Positions 50,147-62,355 of a stretch of DNA of 64,000 nt are shown in pieces. Position 1 is the stretch's first letter, and every line of letters starts with the position of its first letter. The translations under genes and the position numbers were made by a program. The stretch is from Squalus acanthias. Taxonomy: Eukaryota. The DNA lies in assembly GCA_030390025.1 (NCBI GenBank), contig CM059432.1, forward strand, positions 120,716,001-120,780,000. The letters are read 5' to 3'. The notes beneath the pieces are model-generated. The model saw nothing but the letters and a program-made list of their open reading frames with translations, had not been told where the DNA came from and did no database searches.

Positions 50147-52645
50147 AGCAGTTACATCAGACATACATCCAGGACAGGATTTTGGATACAGCATTATGTA
50201 CTGCTACCTACTTATCATTAATACCAAGTGTAGCTTTGACATATGTGTCCTCCCTGGAGACTTTCATCTGTTGGATAGAAAACATTGCCAACACACAAGA
50301 CCACAATAATAACGAAAAGAAAAGTTCTTTCTTGGTGTTTCTTTCCTTCGTCCTTTACCCATCAAAGAATCCTGAGGGAAATTGGGGGAAGAAATAGCAG
50401 AGGTCCTCGGAGTTATATTTCGGGGTTCTCTTAAGAGTAGATGTGTGCCGGAGGACTGGAGTGTCGAATGTAATACCCATTTTCAAAAGGGAAGACAGAG
50501 CTAAGCCGGATAATTTTAACATCTATTTTGGGGAAAATTTTGGAACCTTGAATTAAAAATGAAATGACTAAATATCTAGATGAAGATAAAATAATTAGAA
50601 GCAGGTGGTTGGGCCCCTTTTAATATGCAAGCGAGGCCCTAGGATCCCGATTGTCATTTTAAATTGGCACACTCCGATCAATTCCATGGGCGATGGAACT
50701 GTAGAGGCCCAGCTGAGGTAAGTTTGGACTTAGTTTTGTGGGTGCTTGGAGGACCAGGCCTGCTCCTCCGGGCAGGGCCCCACAAAAATAGTCTGGGCTG
50801 CTGCTGAACCGGGACCCCCACACTCTGCGATCGAGACCACCTGCCCCTACCCTCGCATCGGGGCGGCTCGATATCGGGTTGGACTTGATCAGAGAAGCTA
50901 CATCGGGATGCCTATTTGACGCTCCACAGACCCAATATTAATGAGGCTAGCGCCTCAAAATCGTGGCCGCCTTTTTGCCGTGGTTATGGGAAACTGGCTG
51001 ACCCACACCACTGGGCGCTCACCCAAGTCAAAATTGACCCCCAAGGAGTTAAAGGCCGTTTGCCAGACAGGTTGGATTTGGGTTGTGGTGTTCCATAGGG
51101 TTCTGTTCTGGAAGTGTTCATTATTCTGTACAAGTACGGTTAGAAATATTGATGAGCTAATCAATGAAATTATTAAGTGTGAAGTGGAAGACCCAAGCAC
51201 TCTCCCCTGTTTGTCTCCCAGTCTGCTGTTGAAGAATACAGGTTGAACTGTCTTTCTAAAGGCTGCACAGAAGTTTCCAGGTTGTTCATCTGCTTACACC
51301 TGTTTTACACCATTGCACCAATGGGTATGCAAATGAGCAGACCCAGGAAACCCTTGTGCAACTCCCCCTGCAGGACACCAGCGGGTGCAACATTAGCATA
51401 ATTCAATGAGGACATTGTCGGCCATAATCTTTTTATTTAACATAACCTGTACTTCTACATTTTTGACAGCCTTGTGGGTGGTGAGTTCACTTTTACATGT
51501 GTAAGTAATTTTCAAGCTGTTTGAGCTTGAGTTGAAGAACTGTTAGTTCAGCAGGTTGTAATCTCAATACTACAGTCAGCCCAATGAATGTGATTAAGCT
51601 GAAATCTACCATTTTATTAAATGGATTTCAACAAACCATGTTGCTGACAACTAAATCACACTAACCACTTAATACACTTTTGTATCTGCCGAAAGGGTTG
51701 TCACCATATTGAGAACATTTCATCTCCCCCAGTTACATAACTGTGATTGTTGCTATTCCTAGTACCAGGATAAAAGACTGCTAAAGACACATAGCAGGCT
51801 TCATGCCACTTAAAATACAGCAACGATAGTTAAAGTTTAGTAGCAAATCAGTCAGCATCTGTGTTAATGGCCTTTATTTTTAAAGGGGGGTGGGGGATAT
51901 GGTGGGAAGGGTGCGTGGGAGCTCGGTATGGGGCGGTGCACTCAGAGAGGTAGGGGACATGGAGGCCCTGTCACCCTTAACAGCAGGGCCTCATTTAAAT
52001 AAAACTTCCCAGACTCCGGTCCGACTCCCAGCCAGATTCACCACCTGGCCGGAGAATGGGAGCGGCAATTTGGCCACAAGAATCCGCAGCCAGGCACCCA
52101 TGGAAAGGATCCCTGGAAATCAGAGGGCTGGGGATTCCCTGAACATCAGCACAAGAATCGGGAAGGCTGGGTAATCCTTCTTCGTGATCCGCTCGGAGGT
52201 CTGCATGTGCTGGGATTCCTTTGCGATGCGGAGGGGGGGGGAAGGGAATGAGGATACCCAAGGACTCCTTGAGGGGCTTTGGGGGAGCAATCCTACTGCT
52301 CAAGGCCCACAAGGAGTCCAAAGAGAGATAGGCTGCATAATTCGAGGTTGTAGCGCCAGCCGTTAAGGCCGGTTTTGTTGACAAAATGGCGGCCGCCTCG
52401 TTTCCACCCGCATCACGGCAGTCACCATTATGGAGAGGATGGCAGCATTGCCATTGCCTGCGTTTGCCTCTCCCATGTAAATATGCAGATTGTGACATCA
52501 ATCAGAGTGCAATGCCTGAATTGATGCACGACTGCGATTTTGGATGTCGCTGCTCTCCATACAGCCTTCTCGTAACCACACACGGAAGAACGTGCGTGCA
52601 GCAGTTGTACAGAGACACTGTCATCGCTTCTTAAAGGGACACCCA

Positions 52646-52890
52646 CATAGAGTCATAGAGTCGTATGTCATAGAGTCATAACGGTACAGCAGGAGGCCAT
52701 TCGGTCCATCGAGTCCATGTCAGCTCTCTGTAGAACAATCCAGTCAGTCCCATTCCCCCGCTCTATCCCCGTAGCCCTGCAAGTGTATTTCCCTCAAGTG
52801 CCTATCCAGTCTCCCCTTGAAAGCATTGAGTGTCTCCGTTTACACCACTTCCGTCGGAAGCGAATTCCAGGTCCTCACCACTCGCTGCAT
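52646..52890 (-). mobile_element. CR1 3' fragment
   Basis: (CATAGAGT)n tail followed by GGCCATTCGGTCCATC and reverse-complement CR1 end sequence. Confidence 0.82.
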
Positions 52891-53182
52891 TAGGTAAGTT
52901 TCTTTCAGGTAAGTTTCTTTCAGGTAAGTTTCGATTTCAGCTTTTGGAGTGTTTTTTAAAATTTTATTGGAGTAGTGGCTTGGTGTAATACATTTAAAAA
53001 GTTGTTAGAGTGTGCCGGGAGTTTAAAGTCCCCAATGGGACATTTGCAAGGCTTTGGATGTTAAAGGAAGGCCTCTGAAAGACCATTTTCTCCCAGTCCT
53101 GGGGGCTCTAGTTGCAAACTCCTTGGGCTGCAATATCAGATGGAGATGAAGCAGAGGCAGCAAAGGGGGCAAGCTACTCACA

Positions 53183-53427
53183 GAGGGAAGAGGAATGAGC
53201 AGAAAAGGAAGAAGCAGAGAGGAAGAAGCAGAGAGGAAGAAGCAGAGAAGAAGAAGCAGAGAGGAAGAAGCAGAAGAGGAGGAAGCAGAAGAGGAGGAAG
53301 CAGAAGAGGAGGAAGCAGAGAGGAGGAAGCAGAAGAGGAGGAAGCAGAAGAGGAGGAAGCAGAGAGGAGGAAGCAGAGAGGAGGAAGCAGAGAGGAGGAA
53401 GCAGAAGAGGAGGAAGAGGAAGGAAGG
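53183..53427. repeat. Purine-rich minisatellite with 13-16-bp units of the GAGGAGGAAGCAGAA type
   Basis: Visible tandem repeats. Source of the spurious E/R/K-rich and S/L/F-rich ORFs. Confidence 0.92.
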
Positions 53428-53589
53428 ATGCAACCCAGACAGCCCCTTTGTGGTCTGGATATTCAGAATCGAGTCATCCACCTGCGGTACCAGTAACCAC
53501 AACCCCAATTCCCCTTTCAACATTTGTCCCACTCCTTACCTTCCCTCTGTTACTGACCATCACAGTGTCCTCTTGGCCACAATTTTGAA

Positions 53590-55440
53590 ATAAAAGCCAC
53601 CACAAAGTAAATATTCCAATCCAACTTTATCCAGATATGCATCCAATATTACATCAAAAAATCAACTAATCACCCTTGTGCATTCCCTTAATATCCTAGT
53701 GCTCCTACGCAGTGCTATCCCAGTGGCTACAGCATGGCTAGTGAAAGGCTGCTGACTTTCAGTGGGGGCCACTGCAGATGGCCTTGCAGGACGACCTTGA
53801 GGGCTGGGGCTGAGATTCTTCACTCTCCTCTTCTTGGTCAACCAGGGCTGGGCAAGCTGCCTTTCTTGGGTGTCTGAAATGAGGAAGGCACAAGGGTGGA
53901 GTTGTGGTGAGAGGAGGGCAGGAAAGCAAGAGGTGCTTGCTTACACCATGTCTAGCTTGTACATCTGTGGGATGAGGGGAAGTGGGATGTGAGAAGGAGG
54001 ATAACGTATGAGGATACCAGCATCTTGTATTCTTTCAGCCCTGCCGCTGGCCAAGAGCTCAGCCATGCCCCTGCCAAGAATGGCTAGCAATGTCTCCTCC
54101 AAGGGGGTGATGTGAAGATAGGAAAATGAGGTGTGTCTCTTGTTTGGTATGGATTGTTGGTAGGTCAGTGATTGCGGGGGGGTGGGGGGGGAAGTTGTGC
54201 ATTTAGCAGTGTCTGAGGCTAGTAGTGCAGTTGGTAGGAGATGGCTTTTGAAGATGCCTTCACTGACCTTCACTAATCGTCTGAGGTCATGAAATTTCTT
54301 TGGGCATTGGAGGCAGGTCTTGAGGGCGACACTGCTGGCAGACATTTTTCAGCGGTGCTAAATTTCGCGAGCGGCGCAAACATCGCCGTGCCCGGGCGCT
54401 AGTTGCTTTGCGCCCATTAGCGCCCTCTTAGGACGCTAACGGGAGGCGCAAAGCACCCGAATTTTTCCCCCAAAATCTTTCCAAACTAGGCAGTCTTCAG
54501 CTCTTAAAGTTGAACTGCCTTCTGCATGTAAAAAATGGCTATCGTGATTCAGGAAAAACATAGTGGCTCAAAAGGCCAGACAGAGGGCACCCAGGGTCTC
54601 AATGCAGCACTCCAGCTTCATGCAGGGGTTCAACACTGGAAGAGAGGTCATCTACCCATAGGGGGCCAGGAGGCCATCACTGCCAGCAGTGTCGCCCTCA
54701 AGACCGGGGCGTTGCACGCTCGACTGACGTCACAATCTCCTGCGCCTGCAGATCGTGACGTCAGTTGAGCGTGCAACGCCCCGGTAGCACCCCGGACCGG
54801 ATATTGAGTGGCGCCACCTGCCTTTCCGCCTGCCGCTAGCAACGACAGGTTGAGGGGAACGTTTTGCAGTCGGGAAGGGACTGGGGGAGCGCTATTTAAA
54901 GGCAGCCGCTTCCTGCCTTTTTTTGTCGGCAACATTTTTGCACCACGCATTCTGAGAGACAGAGAGAGACTTCTGGAGAGATTCAACGCTGTGTGAAGGA
55001 GTTTTGGGTACTGAGCAGCACTTTGCAGGTTCATTTTGATTTGACCTTCCTTGCATCGATTTAGAAGAGACTATGGGGGCTGCACTCTGAGCTCTTTCCC
55101 TGGGCCTCTTCATTGTTCTTTCCAGCAGAATTGATGTACAGGCCTCTACAGGCCGAAATTCAAGGCTGCAATGAGCAGGGTGTGGATGGAGAGCAAGATC
55201 GACCCTCCCCTTTAAGGACAGGCCGGCGCCAGTGTGTCTGTGTTCCATTTCTGACTGACATCACATGAGGTTCACCAGCGCTCTGAGGTAGCGCCTCGCT
55301 CCTCAGCGTTAGCACCTTAAGAGAGGTGTGTAGTGCCTGATTTAGTGCTCCAATCACCTCCAGGGGTGATAGAAGCCAAATTTGCAGTCGGAGGCGATAA
55401 TTAGTGCCCCAAAAGGGGCGATATTGAATTTCTCCCTCTT
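53590..55440. mobile_element. Rearranged Harbinger-derived complex (Myb gene remnant plus CpG-rich MITE)
   Basis: Minus strand reads CLQCPKKFHDLRRLVK|GTCAGT (~54265-54315). TIR-like GAATTTTTCCCCC (~54459-54471) and GAATTTCTCCC (~55426-55436). Boundaries are approximate. Confidence 0.6.
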
Positions 55441-56144
55441 TTAACTTTTTTTTTGCAGAAGGCAGTTCACCTTTAAGCGCCTGAGACTGCTTTCAAAACT
55501 GACAGCCTTGCTTTAAGAAAATGCAGCATCACTAGAGCGACGTGACATTGGGCCTGCTGCTGAGCGCACAGCCTGAAGCAGGGCGATAGTCGCTGGGCTG
55601 TGCGCTAAGATCATTCAAATTAGCAGGCAACACTAAATTAATGCGCTGCCTGTGCTTTCTAAATGGGTGAGAGCAAATCTCACGCTGCTGTGCCCCCGCC
55701 CGTTTTCGGTCCTTATCGAATTTTACCCCCAGAAAGTTTTAAAACTTACCACGGCCTCTACTGGCCAGTCGGCTCCTCCCACCATGTGCCTGCTGCCGGG
55801 CAACAAACAGCGCAGGACTGCCCCGTGATAACGTTAAAATTACACTGTTGTGTCCGTAACATCATTGGACTGCAACTTTTGAATCTTAAGTAGGTCCCCG
55901 CCTGCTTTTAGCAGGAGCCTCGCCCACCGCCGTAAATATTATGGCAACCGGGAATGTAGTGGCTTGGAGGCGGGATCTTGATTTTTAGGATTTTAACCCC
56001 TTCGCCCAACCCTTGTTTGCCCGCCGGGGGAATTAAAATCGAGTCCAATGTTTCAGATGTAACCCTTGATCACACTTGGGAAAAATTATAGATGAACAGC
56101 ATTTAAGAAGGTACAGAATAAAGGGAAGGTGAAAGATAACACAA

Positions 56145-56145
<1 letters not shown>

Positions 56146-56182
<37 letters not shown>
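56146..56182. repeat. (AC)n microsatellite
   Basis: Direct inspection. Confidence 0.97.
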
Positions 56183-56185
<3 letters not shown>

Positions 56186-56344
56186 AAATGAAGTAGAATG
56201 ACCTGTGAGTACTTAAAAGGAAAACAGGAGATGACTAAATGGCTGAAGTGACATTAACATGAGACTTAGGAAGTAGCGTAATAAAAGAAATTAAAGACAT
56301 TTAAGAGATAAAGACAATATATAAATGCCTGAGGTGATGGAGAG

Positions 56345-57045
56345 GAAATGGAACCAGGAGATTCCCCATCACCAGGATCCATCTTATTTCCTATGCTCCT
56401 GCTTTCTCCCCGTCCCCTCCTATCCCTTCTCACGCAACCATGACAAGACCTACCTTGTCCTCAGCTTCCATCCACCACCCTCTGCATTCGCCAAATTATC
56501 ATCCATCATTTCTGCCACCTCCAACAGAACCCCATTACCTTGCCTCTCTGCTTTCCAAAGGCATTGTTGCCCCCCGCAACACCATGGTTCACTTTTCCAC
56601 CACCTCCATCGTCTGCTGCCTTTCTCCTGCCACCTTCCAGTCCAAGGGCAGGAGATGTAACACCTGCCCATTCACCTCTTCTCATAGCACTGTCCAGGGC
56701 CTCAAATGCTGCTTCCAAGGGAGACAGCAATTTACATGTACTTTCTTCAACCTAGCATATTGTTTCCGCTGCTCATGGTGTGAACTCTTCTACAATTTGT
56801 GGAAATGAAATGCAGATCAGCTGATCGCTTTGTTGAAAATCACTGTTCTTTCTGCAAGTGCGACCCAAGCTTCCTGTTGCTTGCCATTTCAATTCCCTGT
56901 CCCACTCTTCTCTGGCGTCTCTATCTTTGGCCTTCTACACTGTTCCATTGAAGCTCAACATAAGCTTGAGGAATAGCACCATATCTTTTTTCTAGGCAGT
57001 TTGCAGCCTTGTGGCACATAATATTGGCTTTAATAACTTTAGACC
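56345..57045 (+). pseudogene. Penelope-like element C-terminus: Cys-rich linker and GIY-YIG endonuclease remnant
   Basis: RRCNTCPF...FTCT..NLAYCFRCSWC.L.Y, then DRF.E, PVACHFNS and KLEE*H.IF.LG.LQP. This is the typical end of a Penelope/Neptune ORF. Confidence 0.8.
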
Positions 57046-57169
57046 TTAACTGTAGGTCCTACTTTCTTTACAGCAAGAGATACTAGCCATATGGGATGGG
57101 TGTGTTAGCATTTCTACGCTAGGGGAAGGCGGGTTGGCACCTTGAGAGTGAGCCATCTGTTTGAACACT

Positions 57170-59255
57170 GTGCTGGTGGTTTTCACAATAGCATTGGTGG
57201 AAGGCACCATGGCACAGTCCTTGTGAACACAAAGTCTCATCTCCACTGTGTGGGCACCTTCCATTGTGTAGCATGGCACTACCATTGTGCTAAGGGGGAT
57301 AGATCTAGCAGTCCAAAACTGGGCATCCATGACGTTCTGTGGGCCAACAGCTGCAGTAGAATTGCCTGTTGGATCATGGGCTGGCACATCCCTCAGTCCT
57401 TGATCACCGTGAGACCAAACTTGGTTCAATACAAAGTGTAAAAGGGCATGACTGGAGCAGCACCAGACATATCTTAGAATTAGGTAGAAACCTAGTGAAT
57501 GGCTACCTGCATACTAAACACTAAAAGCAGCATGCTGTAGACAGAGCTGAATATTCCCACAACAAAGGAGCAGAACAAAGCGCTGTAGCTATGCTACAGT
57601 TGAGAATGATGGAAGACAACCAGGGAACTAATAGGAGCTGTAGGCTCCATGAACCACCTCAACCTGAACTGTAGTGGACACCAGCATGAGAGCAAGACAC
57701 AAGGCTAAAGCTTTGCAAATGTATTTAGCAAAAGTGCCAAGTGGATGTCCTACTAGGCCTCCCCCTGAGGTCCTCCCCCTCATAGATATCAGCGTCCAGC
57801 CAATTCGGTGTACTTCCTGTGATATTAAAAAACAGTTGATTGCACTGGACACAGCAAAAGGTATGGGGCTTGACAACATCCCAGCTGTATTGTCGAAGTC
57901 CTTTGCATCAGAGCTAGTCGTTCATCTAGCCAAGATATTCCAGTACAACTGTGACATTGGTATTTACTCTACATTTCTATCCACAAAAACAGGACAAATC
58001 TAAGCCAGCCATCCTCCCAATCATCAGTAAAGTGATGGAAGAAGTCATCAAGTGATACCTACTCATCAATAATCTGCTTACTGACACTCAGTTCAGGGTT
58101 TCGTCAGATGCACTCAGCTCCAGGCCTCATCACTGCCTTAATTCAGACATGGATTCAAAAGGGAATTGGATAAATACTTGAAGGAGAAAGAATTGCAGGA
58201 ATATAGGGAAAGAGTGGGGGAGCGGGACTAACTGAATTGCTCTGCGAAAGAGCTGGCGCAGACTCAATGGGCCGAATGGCCTCTATCTGTGCTGTACCAT
58301 TCTATGATTCTATGATTCTTTGGGTGCAGGAGCTGAATGCCAGAGGTGAGAGTAGCTGCTTTTGACGCCAAGTCAGCATTCAACTGAATATGGCTTTAAA
58401 GAGCCCGAGATAAAATTGAGGTCGATGGTGGTGTTTGTCAGAGGCCAGTTATCATAGCCCCAGGACGTCATTACAGGAGTTCCACAGAGAAAGATACTTG
58501 ACAAAACTATCTTCAGCTGCTTCATCAATTACCTTTTCTCCATCATAGGGTCAGGAGTGGGCTGTTTGCTGATCATTTCAGTGTTCAGCTCCATTCACAA
58601 CTCCTGTCAGCTCATGCCAGTCACAGCAGAACCTGAGTAACTTCTAGGCTTGGGGTGACAAGTGGCAAGTAACATTTGCACCACAGAGGTGTCAGGTAAT
58701 GACCATCTCCAACAAGAAAAGGCCCAACCAACTCCAACTAACCTTCAATGGCACCAGCATTGCCAAGCTGCCCATCATTGACCAGAAGCTTAACTGGACC
58801 AGTCATATCAACACCATAGATTCAAGACCCGGGCAGAAGCTGAGTGCTCTGCAATGAGTGGCTCACCTTTTGACCCCCTCAGAGCACATCCATCACCTAC
58901 AAGGCTCAAGTTAGGAGTGTGATGGATTATTCACTACATTCCTGGATGGGTGCAACCACAACAGCATTCAAGAAGTTCAACACCATCCAGGACAAAGCAA
59001 TTTACTTAATAGGTGCCCTGCCGCTGGTCTTAATATCCAGCCCTCCATCACTGTGGCGACATTATATTTGATTTACAGGATGCAGTGCACCAACTCACCA
59101 ATGTTACTTTTACAGCATTTTTCACTCCTGTAACCTCTACCACCGAGAAGGAAAAGAGCAGCAATATTGTGGGAAAATAATCTACTCCAAATTCCACTCT
59201 AATTCACACACCATCCTACGTTGGACATAGATCACCATTCCTTCATCATCACTGG
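57170..59255 (+). mobile_element. Old diverged copy of the APE/RT LINE family, with a CR1 3' end inserted at ~58153-58319
   Basis: Colinear with 63250-64000 and 16400-17040 (PPPEV.P, ALDTAKGMGLDNIPA, LFAD-like, YKAQVRSVM.YS). The insert ends in (TTCTATGA)n. Confidence 0.8.
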
Positions 59256-59271
59256 ATCAATATTCTGGAAT

Positions 59272-59328
<57 letters not shown>
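59272..59328. repeat. Compound (CT)n(AT)n(GT)n microsatellite
   Basis: Direct inspection. Confidence 0.95.
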
Positions 59329-62135
59329 TTTTCATTTCAGAAATTCTGTTTGTCTTTAATATTTTCCAGTTATGATGTAGGATTGCACCTGAGATATTAA
59401 CTTGTCTGTTCTCTCCACAGATGTTGGTGTGTTCCCAGCATTTCTGTTTTTGTTTCAGATATCCAGCAACGTTTTTGCTTTTTATGTAAAGTATTAGCTC
59501 TCTGGTGTGACCTTGCCAACGTTCTCCTAACAAACAACTTGGCAGAAAATATTTCCAAAATTGTTCAGTCACAGTTTGTATATTATTCATAACTAAAGTG
59601 TAAATTGTCTTTCATTGGTAATACTGAACTGGCTGGTTCTGACACTTATATTTTTGTTTTACGATTCAGCCATGTTTGTCTCTACAATACTGTAGACACA
59701 TATTGTGATCAAATGCCCCTTGTCTCAGGATGGCCAACACTTGTATCACCCCTTCGTGTTCTCAAAACCGATTCAATTCAGTCGCCCGAAGGCAGTTCAG
59801 TGCTCCTGTGCCCTGATATTGTTAGATTCACCAAACAAAATATGCATACTCAAAACTTTGCCAAGTGACCTACGTCTCTCCATCCTGACAGTCCACCCTT
59901 AGTCTAAATTATTTAGTTTATATAACCCTCTTGCCTGTTTGCTTAATCAAAGACAACTTTGGCCATTTATTTGGAGGCCAGAGAGCTGCCACCATCCACT
60001 TCCCATGGTCCTTGTGCCCTATTATTTCGAGAGTGGATGTACACTTCAACACAATATGCAACTGGAAGTATGTCTAAGGATCTTATTCTCAAAAGATTTT
60101 TACAGCCCACAATTGTTTGCTCAAACACACATACCACAACTTGTGTTTAATTGAATGAAATGCTAACAAGACAGACTTGTCTTCAAGCTGAATTAAACCT
60201 GATTTGGATACACAGTAAGTTGCTATTCTTGTCCTTTAAGTGAATAACAATGAAAAGGTTGACATTTAATTTGGAAATATTTTCTAAGGAACCTTAGTGG
60301 TGCTGTCACTTTTATCAAATCTGTGAAGTGTGTTTGACGTACCATTTAGTGTCTTACTCAGAGGGAATTATTTTAATTCTTCTCTTCCCTGCTTATTAAG
60401 ATGACAGCTGACAGTTCATAAACTTTATAACTGTGGAGAAGGGAATGAAGCAATTACAAATATTTGATCCTTATTAATAATAAAGTACTGTTCATTTTTA
60501 ATGGGCTCAAAGTTTTCAAATGAGTGTCCCTTTCCTTCAAACATACTGACACCATTAGTGGACCAACATTATTTAAGTTGTGAATTTACCCCACAAGTTC
60601 CAGAATAGCAGCTGTTTGAATAAAACAGTATGTGGCATCCTAGCTGTTGGTCAGTGTGCCATGTCATGTGCCGATACTTGGCATCCAGTGCAGTCAGGTA
60701 TCGTTCCATTGAAGCCAATCACTATCCTTTTGGAAACCGAAATGAAACTTGTTTTGCAGGTTTTCCAAAAGAGACAAATAATCCCAACATGCCTTTTCAT
60801 CACAGAAACAAACTATTGGAGGTTTGTGTGATATTGAAATTATTCTGTTCAGCATCTGATCTTCGTAGTCCATGCAAAGCTCAAGTCAGTCGTCAACTTG
60901 CAGGCTCGTTGTTTGTTGAGTATCTTTTGGAAACTATGGGTGACTGTCTAGTGACCTATATGTGGATAGTTACTCAACCAAAAAGCAGCAGCTCCAGTGT
61001 GTGTTACATCTTTACATGTTTTCCAGGCTTCAGACTGCTGTATCAAACAAGTCTTGTCAGCTTTTCCCCTGACAGGTAAGTTCCCTGATGTTTGAGAAGT
61101 TATTTTTGGCCTTATTCCCTTGTAACGCTCACTCCTCTCCTTGTATTTCTGTTGGTTGGTGGATATAGCTAATAAAATAAAATCTGAGCGGCGACTCCAG
61201 GGTAAAATCACACATATCTAATCTAAAGCATATCATTGGAGTAATTCAAAGTAATTTTATTCCCGGTACATAACTTGGTGCATTGGGAGCATCTATAGGG
61301 AATTTAGGCCTACAGACGAGTGGATGTGCTAGATCTTCCATACATTAACTTTAATGGATGCAAAATATTGCAGGGCGTACTGATCTCTGAGCTCAAGTTT
61401 CTGATATGCCCACCCCCGCCCCCAGCACATGAAGCGCTGTGCTGGGAGCACAAATCCCTATGATGCACCCTCACATGCACAGCACAGATTCTGTTATATG
61501 TACTTTGGGAGCTGCTATGCTTGTATTTAAACATTCTAATGCAGGTAGTTCCATTCCACTGCTCTTCCAACTCTGCGACCAGAGGATCATTGGATTAAAG
61601 TTTTCTCTCCCTACCAGTGTATGGCTTCTTTGTGAAATACGTTTGGTTTAGCTCCAACTCAGTTCTCAGTCATTGTGGCACTGAAATTCTGTGGGGATTC
61701 CACTGGTCTCCTGCCTTAACTCCAGCAGAAGATCAGCAGAACCTGCAGGAAAATGGTGGGCACCTGGTTACGTTGAGTTTCTGCTGTTTCAAGGAGTTTC
61801 CTCAATGCCTTATTAGGAGTGGAATTTCCACCCACCACTTACAAGGAAAATTATGGTATGGGGGGTCAGAGCCGAGAGTGGGGATTCCTGGAGCCAGAAG
61901 TTCCCACCTGATTTTCAGTTAGGTTCCAGCATTGTAGCAAAAGCCAATATGCTGAGCGAAAGGAGGTGTAGTGTCCAGCCCAGGCTAAAGGCAAATGGAT
62001 CCGTGAATATCATCAGAATTTTTATTTAATTTTTTGGAGATTGGCCTGCTTGCTCAAGGGGCAGAAGATGTAATTATGCTGGGCAACCTTACCCACAATG
62101 GGTGGACAGGTGCCAGAATTTAAGGTTGCACCCAA

Positions 62136-62345
62136 AGAAAGAAATAAAGAACTTGCATTTATACAGCGCCTTTCATGACCATCGGACGTCCCAAAGTGCT
62201 TTACAGTCAATGAAGTACTTTTTGAAGTAGAGTCACTGTTGTAATGTAGGAAACACAGCAGCCAATTTTGCACACAGCAAGGTCCCACAAACAGCAATGT
62301 GATAATGACCAGAGAATCTGTTTTTGTTATGTTGGTTGACGGATA
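62136..62345 (-). mobile_element. SINE 3' part, family of 18520-18935
   Basis: AAAGAACTTGCATTTATACAGCGCCTTTCATGACC...GTCCCAAAGTGCTTTACAG...CACAGCAAGGTCCCACAAACAGCAATG. Confidence 0.8.
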
Positions 62346-62355
62346 ATTGATGGTT

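Noticed and set aside
53023..53593. Glu/Arg/Lys-rich and Ser/Leu-rich ORFs
   Set aside because: They are translations of a purine-rich minisatellite.
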